Shown: positions 24,722 through 34,068 of the stretch, in pieces
Layout of the letters: every line of letters starts with the position of its first letter
Numbering within the stretch: the stretch's first letter is position 1
Source of the DNA: Alphaproteobacteria bacterium
GTDB taxonomy: Bacteria; Pseudomonadota; Alphaproteobacteria; UBA828
NCBI GenBank assembly: GCA_963667785.2
Contig: CAXXMU010000001.1
Span: 896,001-960,000 of the forward strand
DNA length: 64,000 nt
Direction: 5' to 3'
Notes under the pieces: model-generated
Told to the model about the DNA's origin: nothing
The model's database searches: none
Seen by the model: the letters and a program-made list of their open reading frames with translations, nothing else
Program-made: the position numbers and the translations under genes

Positions 24722-24901
24722 TTGCGGCATTCGTATGCTTCGATGGCGCTGGCCCTCGGCGAGAGGCTCACGATGATCGGGAAGTTGCTCGGTCACACGC
24801 AGGTGCAGACGACCGCCCGGTATGCCGATCTGGCGCGGGACTCGATCCAAAACGCGGCTGCCCGGATCACCGGGAGCATCGGTGGGGACCTCACCCCTTA
24901 G
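24722..24901 (+). pseudogene. Tyrosine integrase C-terminal fragment starting at LRHS
   Basis: LRHSYASMALALGERLTMIGKLLGHTQVQTTARYA (box II His and catalytic Tyr). Confidence 0.85.
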
Positions 24902-25384
24902 CATGGTTGATGATCGTCGCGCGCATCACGCTACGGCCTTGCTCGGACGGCGCACGCCCGGCGGTCTCGACCACCAGCTCTCTGAACTCACCGCCTCCCA
25001 TGCCGGTACCGCAAAAGTACGAGTTCTCATGTCTGACCGACATCGATTGCATTTCCAGATCAACATTTTCTATGCTGCGACATCCTAAATCGCACGCTAT
25101 CCTCCAACATGGCGACAATATTTGTAGACATTACCGAAGATACGAAGAACATTGAGAGAAACAACGACACAATTAGTAGGACTAGTCAAATATATCTCAA
25201 CTATACTCTTGTCTACGATGGGGTATTCTATCTTTTTTATTTTGAATTGTTACATAAATACTGAAATATGTGATTCTATTTTTGTATTTCGGCAATCTAT
25301 GCGTGATATTCTCAAATAATATTGGCGCTTGCTCATCCTCTGCTTTCTGCTATGGTAGGCCTACGATACAGCAGGAGATCTCTC

Positions 25385-25567
25385 ATGACCATCCAAGTGC
25401 AGGACCAGCCGGTCGAGCATTCAGAGGACATTCGCTCTGCCATCCTACAGGATCAGCCGGATAATCCGGCACTCCAGCGTCTGAAGGGGCGCCTGTTGGC
25501 CGACTCCGAGGCGAGCGAAGTCATCACCAGCTATGACCGCATGCACCACCGGCACAGCCGCTCGTGA
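25385..25567 (+). CDS. yhhA: YhhA-type cyclophane (triceptide) RiPP precursor, 60 aa
   Basis: CAGGAG SD; leader DNPALQRL; C-terminal core SYDRMHHRHSRS (Y-D-R, H-H-R, H-S-R); abuts a radical SAM gene. Confidence 0.8.
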   Translation: MTIQVQDQPVEHSEDIRSAILQDQPDNPALQRLKGRLLADSEASEVITSYDRMHHRHSRS

Positions 25568-25577
25568 GTTTCCTCGC

Positions 25578-27713
25578 GTGGCCGCCCCCAGGATCACCTC
25601 ATACCTGGTAAAGGTGGCCTCGCGATGCAACTTGGACTGTGATTACTGTTACGTCTATCATCATGCAGACCAGAGTTGGCGCTCTATGCCGCGACTCTTG
25701 TCTTCGGAGTACCGTGACGCCTTTGTCGCGCGCCTCGCAGAGTATGTTGGAGAAACAGGCCTGTCTCGTGTGTCGGTGGTATTCCACGGAGGCGAGCCGC
25801 TCCTAGCCGGACCACAATGTCTGGCTGATTTTTCAGAAGCAATTCGCGCATGTGTCGAAGCAAAAGTCGACATCGGCGTACAAACCAATGGCCTTCTTCT
25901 AAGCGACTCGGCACTCGACGTCTTCGAGCATGCGGACATTGCCGTATCGCTTAGTTTGGACGGCCCTCGCGCGGCTAATGACAAGCATCGGAACACTCGT
26001 AAGGGCCGATCGAGCTTCAACAGAGTTCTGGCTGCCCTCCAACGTCTAAAGAAACGTCCGGGTATATTTGCTGGCATTATAGCCGTTATAGATGTTTCTA
26101 CTCCTCCGCGAGACTTGTTTGAGTTTTTTGACGAGCACAAACCTCCCAAGCTCGATTTTCTGCTGCCCGATGCACACAATTTGTGTCCTCCTCCGGGTCG
26201 CGATTCTGAACCAGCCACATACGAACAATGGCTAGTCAGTGCATTCGACCTGTGGCTCGATCAGTACTCCCACATTCCCGTACGAACATTTGAATCTCTT
26301 CTGGATTCGGTGTCCGGCCTGGCATCTCACACTGACGCTTTCGGACTTGGAGATGTCAGCCTCATTTCAGTTGAGACGGATGGGAGCTATCACGATCTCG
26401 ACGTCCTGAAGGTCACCCGGGAGGGAGCTACTAAACTTGCCGGTACGGTGCTCGATACTTCAATCGCGACAGTCGCTGCCTCGGACGCTGTCGCGGCTCA
26501 TCGGAAAAGACTTCAAAAGGAAGGCCTTTGCCGCCAGTGTCAAGAGTGTCCGGTGATGCAAGTCTGTGGCGGTGGCTCTCTTCCACATCGGTTTGGTCCG
26601 AACGGATTCGATCACCCCACTGTCTACTGTCGGGAAATGCTTGCACTCATCACACATGTGCGCGCCCGGCTAGATGGAATGTTGCGGAAGTCGTATCCCT
26701 CACCTGTTCTCCGCGCTCCTAGTGTTGACTTAGCCGAATTCGAGCTTGCTGAAACCGCAGCTGGGATCATACAGGAGCTATACAAAAGTGCTCAAGACCA
26801 GGCGCATTTGTCATTCATCAACACGCTTCGAACGCTCGACTCCCAAGATCAAGCGATACACGCCTCGGTAAAGTCCGTTCTGGATTCGCCACCCGATTTC
26901 ATCACCAGATTGGCAACACACCCCGGCGCTATAGCCTGGCAACGGACCATGGCAGCGCAAATGGCCGGGAAAACCGCCCATACGGTGGATGGGTCACCGG
27001 TGCAGGCCGACTGCTCCTATATCCGCTTCCTTCTTAAGCACCCACCCTCCGATCACAATCTCAGTATCGCTGAGGACGACCCATGGCTTCGCGCTCCCTT
27101 TGGCGATGCCATCTACTTCGAAACGGAGGAAGTCGCCGCCAACGGACGAGCAGTCGTCGAACAGGCATTCCAAATAATTGACCGCTGGCGTCCCGCTCTT
27201 GGACAGGAGATGCGCATTGCCTCTAAGGCTGTCCAATTCGTTCGTGACCCGCTCGCCAATCCAAAGAAGATCGTGTCATTCAGCGACAATTCAGTTCCCG
27301 GTGCGCTCTATGTTTCGATTATGCAGGACGGAAGCTTGATTGACTCATATGATCTAGCCGATTCATTACTCCACGAGCATCGACACCAAAAGCTCTACCT
27401 TCTCGAACGGCAAAACCCTACAGTTGAGCCGACTTCCTTATTGGTTCCGTCGCCTTGGCGGGAAGACCCACGGCCGCCCTCGGGTCTACTGCATGCGATG
27501 TTCGTCTTCGTGGAGCTGCGGCGCTTTTGGAGTTTCGTTCACGATCAAGGTCCAGCCCGGCTCCACAACCGCGCTGCCAATCAGCTTCGTGATACCAATG
27601 CGCACCTTGCGCAAGCTTTTGCCACGCTTGAAAATTGTCCACTCACTCAGACTGGAGGCCAACTCGTGGAAGTTCTCAAATCGGCGTTCGCCGCCAACAA
27701 TCTAGCGGCCTGA
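25578..27713 (+). CDS. yhhB: Radical SAM/SPASM cyclophane-forming maturase fused to an aKG-HExxH domain
   Basis: CNLDCDYC, FHGGEPLL, QTNG, SLDG; SPASM CRQCQECP...CGGG...YC; C-terminal LLHEHRHQKL and SPWREDPRP..GLLH. GTG start at 25578 is inferred. Confidence 0.85.
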   Translation: MAAPRITSYLVKVASRCNLDCDYCYVYHHADQSWRSMPRLLSSEYRDAFVARLAEYVGETGLSRVSVVFHGGEPLLAGPQCLADFSEAIRACVEAKVDIGVQTNGLLLSDSALDVFEHADIAVSLSLDGPRAANDKHRNTRKGRSSFNRVLAALQRLKKRPGIFAGIIAVIDVSTPPRDLFEFFDEHKPPKLDFLLPDAHNLCPPPGRDSEPATYEQWLVSAFDLWLDQYSHIPVRTFESLLDSVSGLASHTDAFGLGDVSLISVETDGSYHDLDVLKVTREGATKLAGTVLDTSIATVAASDAVAAHRKRLQKEGLCRQCQECPVMQVCGGGSLPHRFGPNGFDHPTVYCREMLALITHVRARLDGMLRKSYPSPVLRAPSVDLAEFELAETAAGIIQELYKSAQDQAHLSFINTLRTLDSQDQAIHASVKSVLDSPPDFITRLATHPGAIAWQRTMAAQMAGKTAHTVDGSPVQADCSYIRFLLKHPPSDHNLSIAEDDPWLRAPFGDAIYFETEEVAANGRAVVEQAFQIIDRWRPALGQEMRIASKAVQFVRDPLANPKKIVSFSDNSVPGALYVSIMQDGSLIDSYDLADSLLHEHRHQKLYLLERQNPTVEPTSLLVPSPWREDPRPPSGLLHAMFVFVELRRFWSFVHDQGPARLHNRAANQLRDTNAHLAQAFATLENCPLTQTGGQLVEVLKSAFAANNLAA

Positions 27714-27717
27714 ACAC

Positions 27718-28716
27718 TTGATCGTACTCCCCGTCGACTCCCTCCCATCCGCACCTGCCGACCAGCACGGGGCTTTGAGGAACTACTTTTGCGACAAGGA
27801 CGCACGAGCAAAGCGAACAAAGGACGGCTGGGAACTGACCCTAGCTTGGTCCGATGATCTTGATCGTCATGTCGATCCGAAGCTCCCAATTGGCCTCAGC
27901 TGGTGGAGCAATGGCATCACGCCCGCGGATATGGTACTAGCCATCCGCCCTTCTGGACGACTACTCACTTCCCTTTACGATACTTGGGCACTGTATGGCT
28001 GGAGTGAATGGCTTGCAGGCCAGACCACTCCAGACGCTTCCACGGTAGTCATTCTTCACGTCGATGATCATAGAGATCTCGACCCTCCGAGATTGTTCAT
28101 TGAAAACTCTCACCTTCGGGATCCTTTGACAGGCCGCAGTGTAGAACTTGACAACCCCGACAGCATTCGAAGTGCAATCCTGAGCGGCGCTGTAGGAATG
28201 GGAAGCTTCATGACACCATTTCTCCACGCAGTACCAAACGCTGAGGTGCGGCACCTTTGCCAACCTCCGAAAGCTTCGAGAACTCGCACCTACCAAATTC
28301 AAACACACGATATAGCCGATTCTCTTATCGATAAAGACGCACGCAGACCGGCAGTCTATCTCCATGAGAAAGTCGACGTTGTTGGACCCGGTACATATAG
28401 AGTAACACCCGATGTTGAAGAATGGTTGAGCGACATTGGGTCGGCCCCAATCCTACTTCACATTGACATGGACTTTTTCAACAACCGATATGATGGTGAC
28501 AGTGATTGGCGAGAGCGGGACAGTAATCTTGATCCACCTCTACAGGAAATTCTAGCCAAGATTGACAAATTGACCACCGCTTTGGAGGATAATGAGATTG
28601 CGTCGCGCATTGAACATATAGCAGTTGCATTCTCACCAGGCTTCTTTCCGGCCGAGCACTGGAGTACAGCTGCGGATCGCCTATTGCCGGCCTTAGAGCG
28701 ATTACATGGCAGCTAA
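27718..28716 (+). CDS. Arginase/ureohydrolase-fold (UPF0489-like) metallohydrolase
   Basis: HVDDHRDL (DxHxD) and HIDMDFF (DxD) metal motifs, SPGF near the C-terminus; 4 nt after yhhB. Confidence 0.6.
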   Translation: MIVLPVDSLPSAPADQHGALRNYFCDKDARAKRTKDGWELTLAWSDDLDRHVDPKLPIGLSWWSNGITPADMVLAIRPSGRLLTSLYDTWALYGWSEWLAGQTTPDASTVVILHVDDHRDLDPPRLFIENSHLRDPLTGRSVELDNPDSIRSAILSGAVGMGSFMTPFLHAVPNAEVRHLCQPPKASRTRTYQIQTHDIADSLIDKDARRPAVYLHEKVDVVGPGTYRVTPDVEEWLSDIGSAPILLHIDMDFFNNRYDGDSDWRERDSNLDPPLQEILAKIDKLTTALEDNEIASRIEHIAVAFSPGFFPAEHWSTAADRLLPALERLHGS

Positions 28717-29176
28717 GCGCTCTTCAAAGTCGAGCAGGCGCCGGAGGCCCGTACGGCCCACGCCGAAGCCGCCCCCCACAACTGCGAAGTCTAAGGAAGG
28801 CCCCATCTCTCCCGAAGATGTCCTCCTCAAGCGGACCCGGGGAACACCGGGCCGAGGAGACGGACCAGGTGGCGAGAAGTGGCGAGTCGAGGCTGCAGGC
28901 CAACGCGCCGGTCACGTCTACGTCAACGTCATAGACGAACCTCCAATTGGCACGCACGCTTCTATTCAAATTTTTCTGAACAAGAAGAGCCAAGGTCGCC
29001 AAATTGGTCGCGTCGCCTATCGGGCAGCCTGTGAAGAGAGTCAGCATGACACCATCTATGCCCACATGAGCAGGTCCAACCACGCCTCGCGTCGCGCCGC
29101 CGAGGAGGCTGGATTCGTGGACGTAACTCCAACGGGCCACGCACAGCTCATCATGCGCCGATCTCGCCAATTGTGA
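28706..29176 (+). CDS. GNAT-family acyltransferase
   Basis: QGRQIG acyl-CoA motif A and NHASRRAAEEAGF motif B; overlaps upstream gene. Confidence 0.75.
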   Translation: MAAKRSSKSSRRRRPVRPTPKPPPTTAKSKEGPISPEDVLLKRTRGTPGRGDGPGGEKWRVEAAGQRAGHVYVNVIDEPPIGTHASIQIFLNKKSQGRQIGRVAYRAACEESQHDTIYAHMSRSNHASRRAAEEAGFVDVTPTGHAQLIMRRSRQL

Positions 29177-29763
29177 ATCAGCACGCCACGCTGCCACCTT
29201 GGCTAAAGCCCTCGGCCCATACCGACATCCTTCATGTGGCTGCGAAGATACGCCCCGCACTTCGCACCGAGCTTACTATCCCAGTTTCACACAATGTTGT
29301 CCGTGCCTGGATGCGGCACTTAGGATGGTACACAGCTATCGACGGTGACGACTTCATCGTCGTATCACCCTCCCCCAGACTGGCTCGCATGATTCTTGCC
29401 ATAGATCGTGACGTCACTCCTCACACTTTTCGGCTGGGCCATGCACTTGGCTACCCAACTTGCTGCTGTCGTGCAGCCGCAGGCGTTGGAGAGCAAAATC
29501 TTGACACTTGGGCGCTTGAATTATCTCGACGACGCTTCATTGGGCGCTTCAAGCTCATTGATCCGACCCGCTATAGAGATGGAAACGCGCTAATCAGCCA
29601 TATCCCCTGCTCAACCTTCTGTCACGCTTCGCTTCAGATTGCCGAAGCCACACTCGCGGCTCTGCGTAGATCCAATTCACCATTGCCGGTCTTGCGTGCT
29701 CCGGCACTGAGAGCCTTCACTTCTAGCCTATTGCGACGAGACTTGACGCGTACCCATGCATGA
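29173..29763 (+). CDS. DUF483-like cysteine-motif protein
   Basis: LGHALGYPTCC and HIPCSTFC; GTGA coupling to the GNAT stop. Confidence 0.6.
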   Translation: MNQHATLPPWLKPSAHTDILHVAAKIRPALRTELTIPVSHNVVRAWMRHLGWYTAIDGDDFIVVSPSPRLARMILAIDRDVTPHTFRLGHALGYPTCCCRAAAGVGEQNLDTWALELSRRRFIGRFKLIDPTRYRDGNALISHIPCSTFCHASLQIAEATLAALRRSNSPLPVLRAPALRAFTSSLLRRDLTRTHA

Positions 29764-29788
29764 CGATGTGGACGCTGAGGCGCGCGAA

Positions 29789-31804
29789 TTAGAACCCGAG
29801 TTCCTTCTTTAGAACTTCAACTGTCTCCGTCACAGCGAGAACTTCATCCCTCGCAGCCCTTGCCGCCTCTACGAGCTCGGTAAGCTCCGCATCTGGCACA
29901 CCGCGTTGATATGCCTCTTCCACACGAAAAAATAATCGCTTCGCTTCCCCTAGATACTCCAAAGCCTCTTTCTTACGACCCTTATCAACTAACCAATTCC
30001 CAAAATCACGGCAGGCTTGGGCCAAATGATGATGACCGCCGATAGCCTCCGACGTTCCCAAGTCAGACCAGACACCACCTATTGCTCGACGACTTTCTTG
30101 AACCGCTTCCGAGAAAGCGGCCTCACCTTTCTCGGCATTGGCGCGCATCAACAAGAGCGCGCCTCGTAGGTCGAGTATTCTCGACCCATGAACGGATTGT
30201 GCGGTGAAATCGTGCGCAGCAAGGAGTTCATTAATAGCTTCTATGGCGGGTTCTCTATCCCCTTGTGAACCTGCCTCTATGGCGGCCGCCGCCAAATCGC
30301 GTGTACAATGTATCCAGGTATCACCATTGCGATCAAGTGTTGCCAACGCGCTCGAATACGCCTTGATTGCGCCATCCCACCGAACACTGCGCCCTTTCGC
30401 TTTCTCGGCCAGAGTAGCTAGGGTCTGCCCAAATCGCCAATATCCTTCACCGTCTGAACTAACCATTCGCAAATACCAATCCCACAGTCTCGCTGCCTCC
30501 TTCAATCGTGCTGAGGATTTCGCCTGAGCAGCCGCGCTCGGAGAGGACGCATCACGGTCACCCAGACGTTGAAGTGCTATAGCACGAATACGTGCGGCCT
30601 CCGCGAACCGCTTGGCCAATGCAGGCGACACTTGATCCAGAACCGCGACATCGTCGCCTGCCAGGATCAGACCCGCAGCGTGTTCAATAAGTGCTTGCGA
30701 GCCCTTCTTGCCATGATCGCTATCCTTGAAGGCGTCTATTGCTCGGCGATAGCCCTTCATCGCAAGCTCAATTTCAGGGCTAGGTTTGTTATCAACGACG
30801 GCCGCGTGTCTGGCTTCCAGTGGAGACACCGGCTGCGCTATCCACGCGGGATGAAATTCAAGAGCTCGAGTTAATGTTGCAAAAAACACGTCTGCGTCTT
30901 GGCCAAGTATATAGAACTTGTTCGGTCCTGAAAGCAGCCGTCTGACCTCACTTCTTGTAATCGAATAATCGTTCTCGTGAAATATCCAATAAATTACCAA
31001 ATTCGGAAACTCTTCAGACGCATCAAACAGAAGCTCCATCACACCATCTTCGCCTCCGGCGTACCCGACTACGACTAAGAATCCTGTATCCTTTAGCATC
31101 CCGAACATTGCGCCTCTCATGGACAATGTCCGTCCTGCCGCTAGCATTGCTTGCCGGCTGTTGAGTGGGCTGTACGCATGTAACGAGCCATGCAGATGTA
31201 CTACTTGCGGCATCGCAGGGCGAGAAGATATCCGCTTTAGGGCTTCAAGACCATCCGCGATCACTGGAACATGACCGGCGAGAAGAATACCTTCCAGAAT
31301 GAGGCGATCGAAATTTGTGGTAAGTACGCTATGCACATAATGCTGTACAACAAGTTCTCCCAAACAAATATGGGCCCAATTGATCTTTCCAGACGCCTTT
31401 GCGACACTCCTTTGAATGATTTCACGTTGCTGCGGGTCCGAACGGATGTGCTTCTCAAATATTTCCGAGTAGTAGTCTGACCAAGTTGCTCCTTTCCTAT
31501 CAGTCAAGTGATTCTTTTCCTTAAGCCACTTGAGCGCACTCATTGCATCGACAGAGGTTGCTCTTGTGCCTGAATATTGTCGATACAGGGATATTGCACA
31601 TTCCTGAGCGATTTCACTGGCCAGAGGAACTCCGGCGCTTGCCGAGCACCCCGCACCGATCAGAAACACCGCGCCTCCACAATTCGGATCGTCTGGAATT
31701 TCCGAAACCTGTGGCCAGATCGACGTGCGTTTCAGCAACTTGAGTTGGTTAGCCAATTCGTCGATGTCGGCCTCTCTCGCCAATTTGCCGGTATAATCAG
31801 CCAT
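29789..31804 (-). CDS. SIR2-family (putative NADase) protein with helical/TPR-like C-terminus
   Basis: FLIGAGCS, LTTNFD, HLHGS, VVGYAG; Ala-rich helical repeats in the C-terminal half. Confidence 0.8.
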   Translation of the reverse strand: MADYTGKLAREADIDELANQLKLLKRTSIWPQVSEIPDDPNCGGAVFLIGAGCSASAGVPLASEIAQECAISLYRQYSGTRATSVDAMSALKWLKEKNHLTDRKGATWSDYYSEIFEKHIRSDPQQREIIQRSVAKASGKINWAHICLGELVVQHYVHSVLTTNFDRLILEGILLAGHVPVIADGLEALKRISSRPAMPQVVHLHGSLHAYSPLNSRQAMLAAGRTLSMRGAMFGMLKDTGFLVVVGYAGGEDGVMELLFDASEEFPNLVIYWIFHENDYSITRSEVRRLLSGPNKFYILGQDADVFFATLTRALEFHPAWIAQPVSPLEARHAAVVDNKPSPEIELAMKGYRRAIDAFKDSDHGKKGSQALIEHAAGLILAGDDVAVLDQVSPALAKRFAEAARIRAIALQRLGDRDASSPSAAAQAKSSARLKEAARLWDWYLRMVSSDGEGYWRFGQTLATLAEKAKGRSVRWDGAIKAYSSALATLDRNGDTWIHCTRDLAAAAIEAGSQGDREPAIEAINELLAAHDFTAQSVHGSRILDLRGALLLMRANAEKGEAAFSEAVQESRRAIGGVWSDLGTSEAIGGHHHLAQACRDFGNWLVDKGRKKEALEYLGEAKRLFFRVEEAYQRGVPDAELTELVEAARAARDEVLAVTETVEVLKKELGF

Positions 31805-32120
31805 TACTTCCTTTGATCTCCGCCAGAGTTACCCCACTTATCGACCTATCTCGCAATTAGGCAAGAAAATACTTCGGTCATTCCCAGCGTCCCCGTTCAT
31901 TGAAGCTATACCTTGAGACACCACACACGATCTCTTTGCCTCATAGGCTCTCCGGCATCCAGACCGGTAGCCGTGCGTCCGTCAACCCCGCAGATCTCTG
32001 CGCTCTTTCCCGCGCCGGTCCGGCAGCTGGCAGGGAGCCCGTCATCGCATAGGAATCGGCTGAATTCCACATCCAGGCGTTCTGAGTCGTCGCCAGTCGC
32101 GGCCGGCTGGCGTTGCGGGG

Positions 32121-32408
32121 TCATGACCCGGAACCTGCATTGATGGCATCCTTCAGCGTCTTCCCGGCCTTGAATGTCGGCGACGTCGACGTCGATATCG
32201 AGACCGCCTCTCCGGTGCTCGGGTTGCGTCCGGTACGGGCCGGCCTGTTTCTGGTGCCGAAGGTTCCGAATCCCGCAATCCGCACTTCCTCGCCATTGGC
32301 AAGTGCGTCGCTGATGGCCCCGAACACGCCGTCCACCGCCTCCTTCGCCACCGCCTTGCTCAGGCCGGTTCGGGCTGCCAGCCGATCGGCCATCTCCGCC
32401 TTGTTCAT
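32121..32408 (-). CDS. HU-family DNA-binding protein
   Basis: MNKAEM...GFGTF...RTGRNPSTGE...PTFKAGKTLKDAI. Confidence 0.93.
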   Translation of the reverse strand: MNKAEMADRLAARTGLSKAVAKEAVDGVFGAISDALANGEEVRIAGFGTFGTRNRPARTGRNPSTGEAVSISTSTSPTFKAGKTLKDAINAGSGS

Positions 32409-32489
32409 CGGTCCTCCTCCCCGGCCATCCTATCCTGTCCCCGTCCCCGATTACCGGTGCCGCAGCGGCCCATCATGGATCCCTCCTGC

Positions 32490-32921
32490 TCAGCAGGCGC
32501 CTCCGAGCGAGCCGCGCAAACGCTCGATGTCTTCGTAGAAGGGTTCCCGGCTTTCCCGGTCGAAGTGTTCCGGATGTGCATCCATCCAGGCAAGCGTGCG
32601 CTCGAAGTATTCGATCGCGCGTTCGGTTTCGCCGCGCGCTTCGCAGACCATCGCCTTTCGCATCAACCAATCGACCACCTCCGGATAGCGGGTCCTCAGC
32701 TCCTCGCAGGCGGCGCCGGCTTCGTCGAGGCGGCCTTCATCGACCAGCCTGACGACGCTGTTCGAGAGCCGGTCGAGATCGGTCTCGGCCCAGCGGTATC
32801 CCTCTGGCGCGTCCGCCGGCGTGGCAGGCACATGAGCGGCACGATCGCGCTGCCCGCAGCAGCGCTTGTACTTCCTGCCGCTACCACAAGGGCAGGGTTG
32901 GTTCCTGCCGATCTTCGCCAT
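32490..32921 (-). CDS. SEC-C motif plus TPR-like protein
   Basis: [20 protein letters not shown] followed by a helical repeat. Confidence 0.75.
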   Translation of the reverse strand: MAKIGRNQPCPCGSGRKYKRCCGQRDRAAHVPATPADAPEGYRWAETDLDRLSNSVVRLVDEGRLDEAGAACEELRTRYPEVVDWLMRKAMVCEARGETERAIEYFERTLAWMDAHPEHFDRESREPFYEDIERLRGSLGGAC

Positions 32922-33101
32922 TACCGCCTCGTCACCGGCACTCCGGCTCCCGGACCCTCCGTCACATCTAGCCCGCTCGTCGGGCCCCCACAACATTCCC
33001 GCCGGCGTGCGGCGCGCCGGCAGGAGGAGGCGGCTGGCGTCCGGGGGGCGCAGTCCGGGGCCGGAGAGCGGCCCTCGCGCCACCGCCGGGGAGACCTACC
33101 C

Positions 33102-34010
33102 ATGTCCAGCCGCATCGCCGCCATTCCCGTGCCGCCCCGGTGCCGCGAGATGATCCGCGCCGGCGCTCTCGTTGCCATCAATACCAGCGGTGGCAAGGAC
33201 TCGCAGACGATGACGATCCTGCTGTCGCGGATCGTTCCTCCCAACCAGCTCGTGGCGGTTCACGCGCCCCTCGACGAGGTCGAGTGGCCAGGCACCGTTG
33301 AATTCATCCGGGCGACACTCCCGCCTAGCATGCCCCTGATCCTCGCGCCTGTCGCGTCCGGCAAGACGCTGCTCGACAGCATCGAGGAACGGGGCCGGTT
33401 TCCTTCACCGGCGGTCCGATGGTGTACCAGCTCGACGAAGCGGGGACCCATCGAGCGCGAGCTCCGTCGCTTTCTCAAGCTCAATCCGCACTTCGGCGGA
33501 CGCATCGTCAACGCAATGGGCATGCGCGCCGAAGAAAGCGTCGCGCGGGCTCGCAAGTCGCCCTGGCGGCTGAACGAGCGCAACTCCCGCGCCGGCCGCA
33601 CCTGGTTCGACTGGCTACCCATCTTCGACCTCTCGGAACAGCAGGTCTTCGACGTCATTCGGGAAGCCGGCCAGTCGCCGCATCCGGCCTACGCCATGGG
33701 CATAACCAGGCTCTCCTGCGTCTTCTGCATCATGGCCTCGCGCGCCGATCTCCGCACCGCCGCCCGGCTCCAGCCTGCCCTCTACGCACGCTATGCGGAG
33801 CTTGAACGCCGCATCGGCCACACCCTGTCGCCCTCCGGCATTCCCCTGCCGGAACTGACGGGCATTTCGCCGTTCGCGGCCAGCACCGAAGACGCGATCG
33901 ATCTCGACCATCCTCGACCCCGGCCTGTGCCGACGCGGCGGCCCCTCGCACGGCGCAGCCGCCTCCAGCCCTCATGCGCAAGGAGTGGAGCGTCGCGCGG
34001 GTCCGGGTGA
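33102..34010 (+). CDS. PAPS-reductase-family (PP-loop, Fe-S) protein
   Basis: SGGKDS, RWCTSSTK, GMRAEES..RA, RLSCVFC. Confidence 0.8.
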   Translation: MSSRIAAIPVPPRCREMIRAGALVAINTSGGKDSQTMTILLSRIVPPNQLVAVHAPLDEVEWPGTVEFIRATLPPSMPLILAPVASGKTLLDSIEERGRFPSPAVRWCTSSTKRGPIERELRRFLKLNPHFGGRIVNAMGMRAEESVARARKSPWRLNERNSRAGRTWFDWLPIFDLSEQQVFDVIREAGQSPHPAYAMGITRLSCVFCIMASRADLRTAARLQPALYARYAELERRIGHTLSPSGIPLPELTGISPFAASTEDAIDLDHPRPRPVPTRRPLARRSRLQPSCARSGASRGSG

Positions 34011-34068
34011 AGGCCGGGCGCCCGGAGGGGGCGGCCCGCGCCGCCTTCCCGCCATCCGGAGCTTGCAC

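Noticed and set aside
25533-25577. ATG start of yhhB overlapping the precursor core
   Set aside because: The extra residues look non-conserved; the GTG at 25578 just before the rSAM motif is more plausible.
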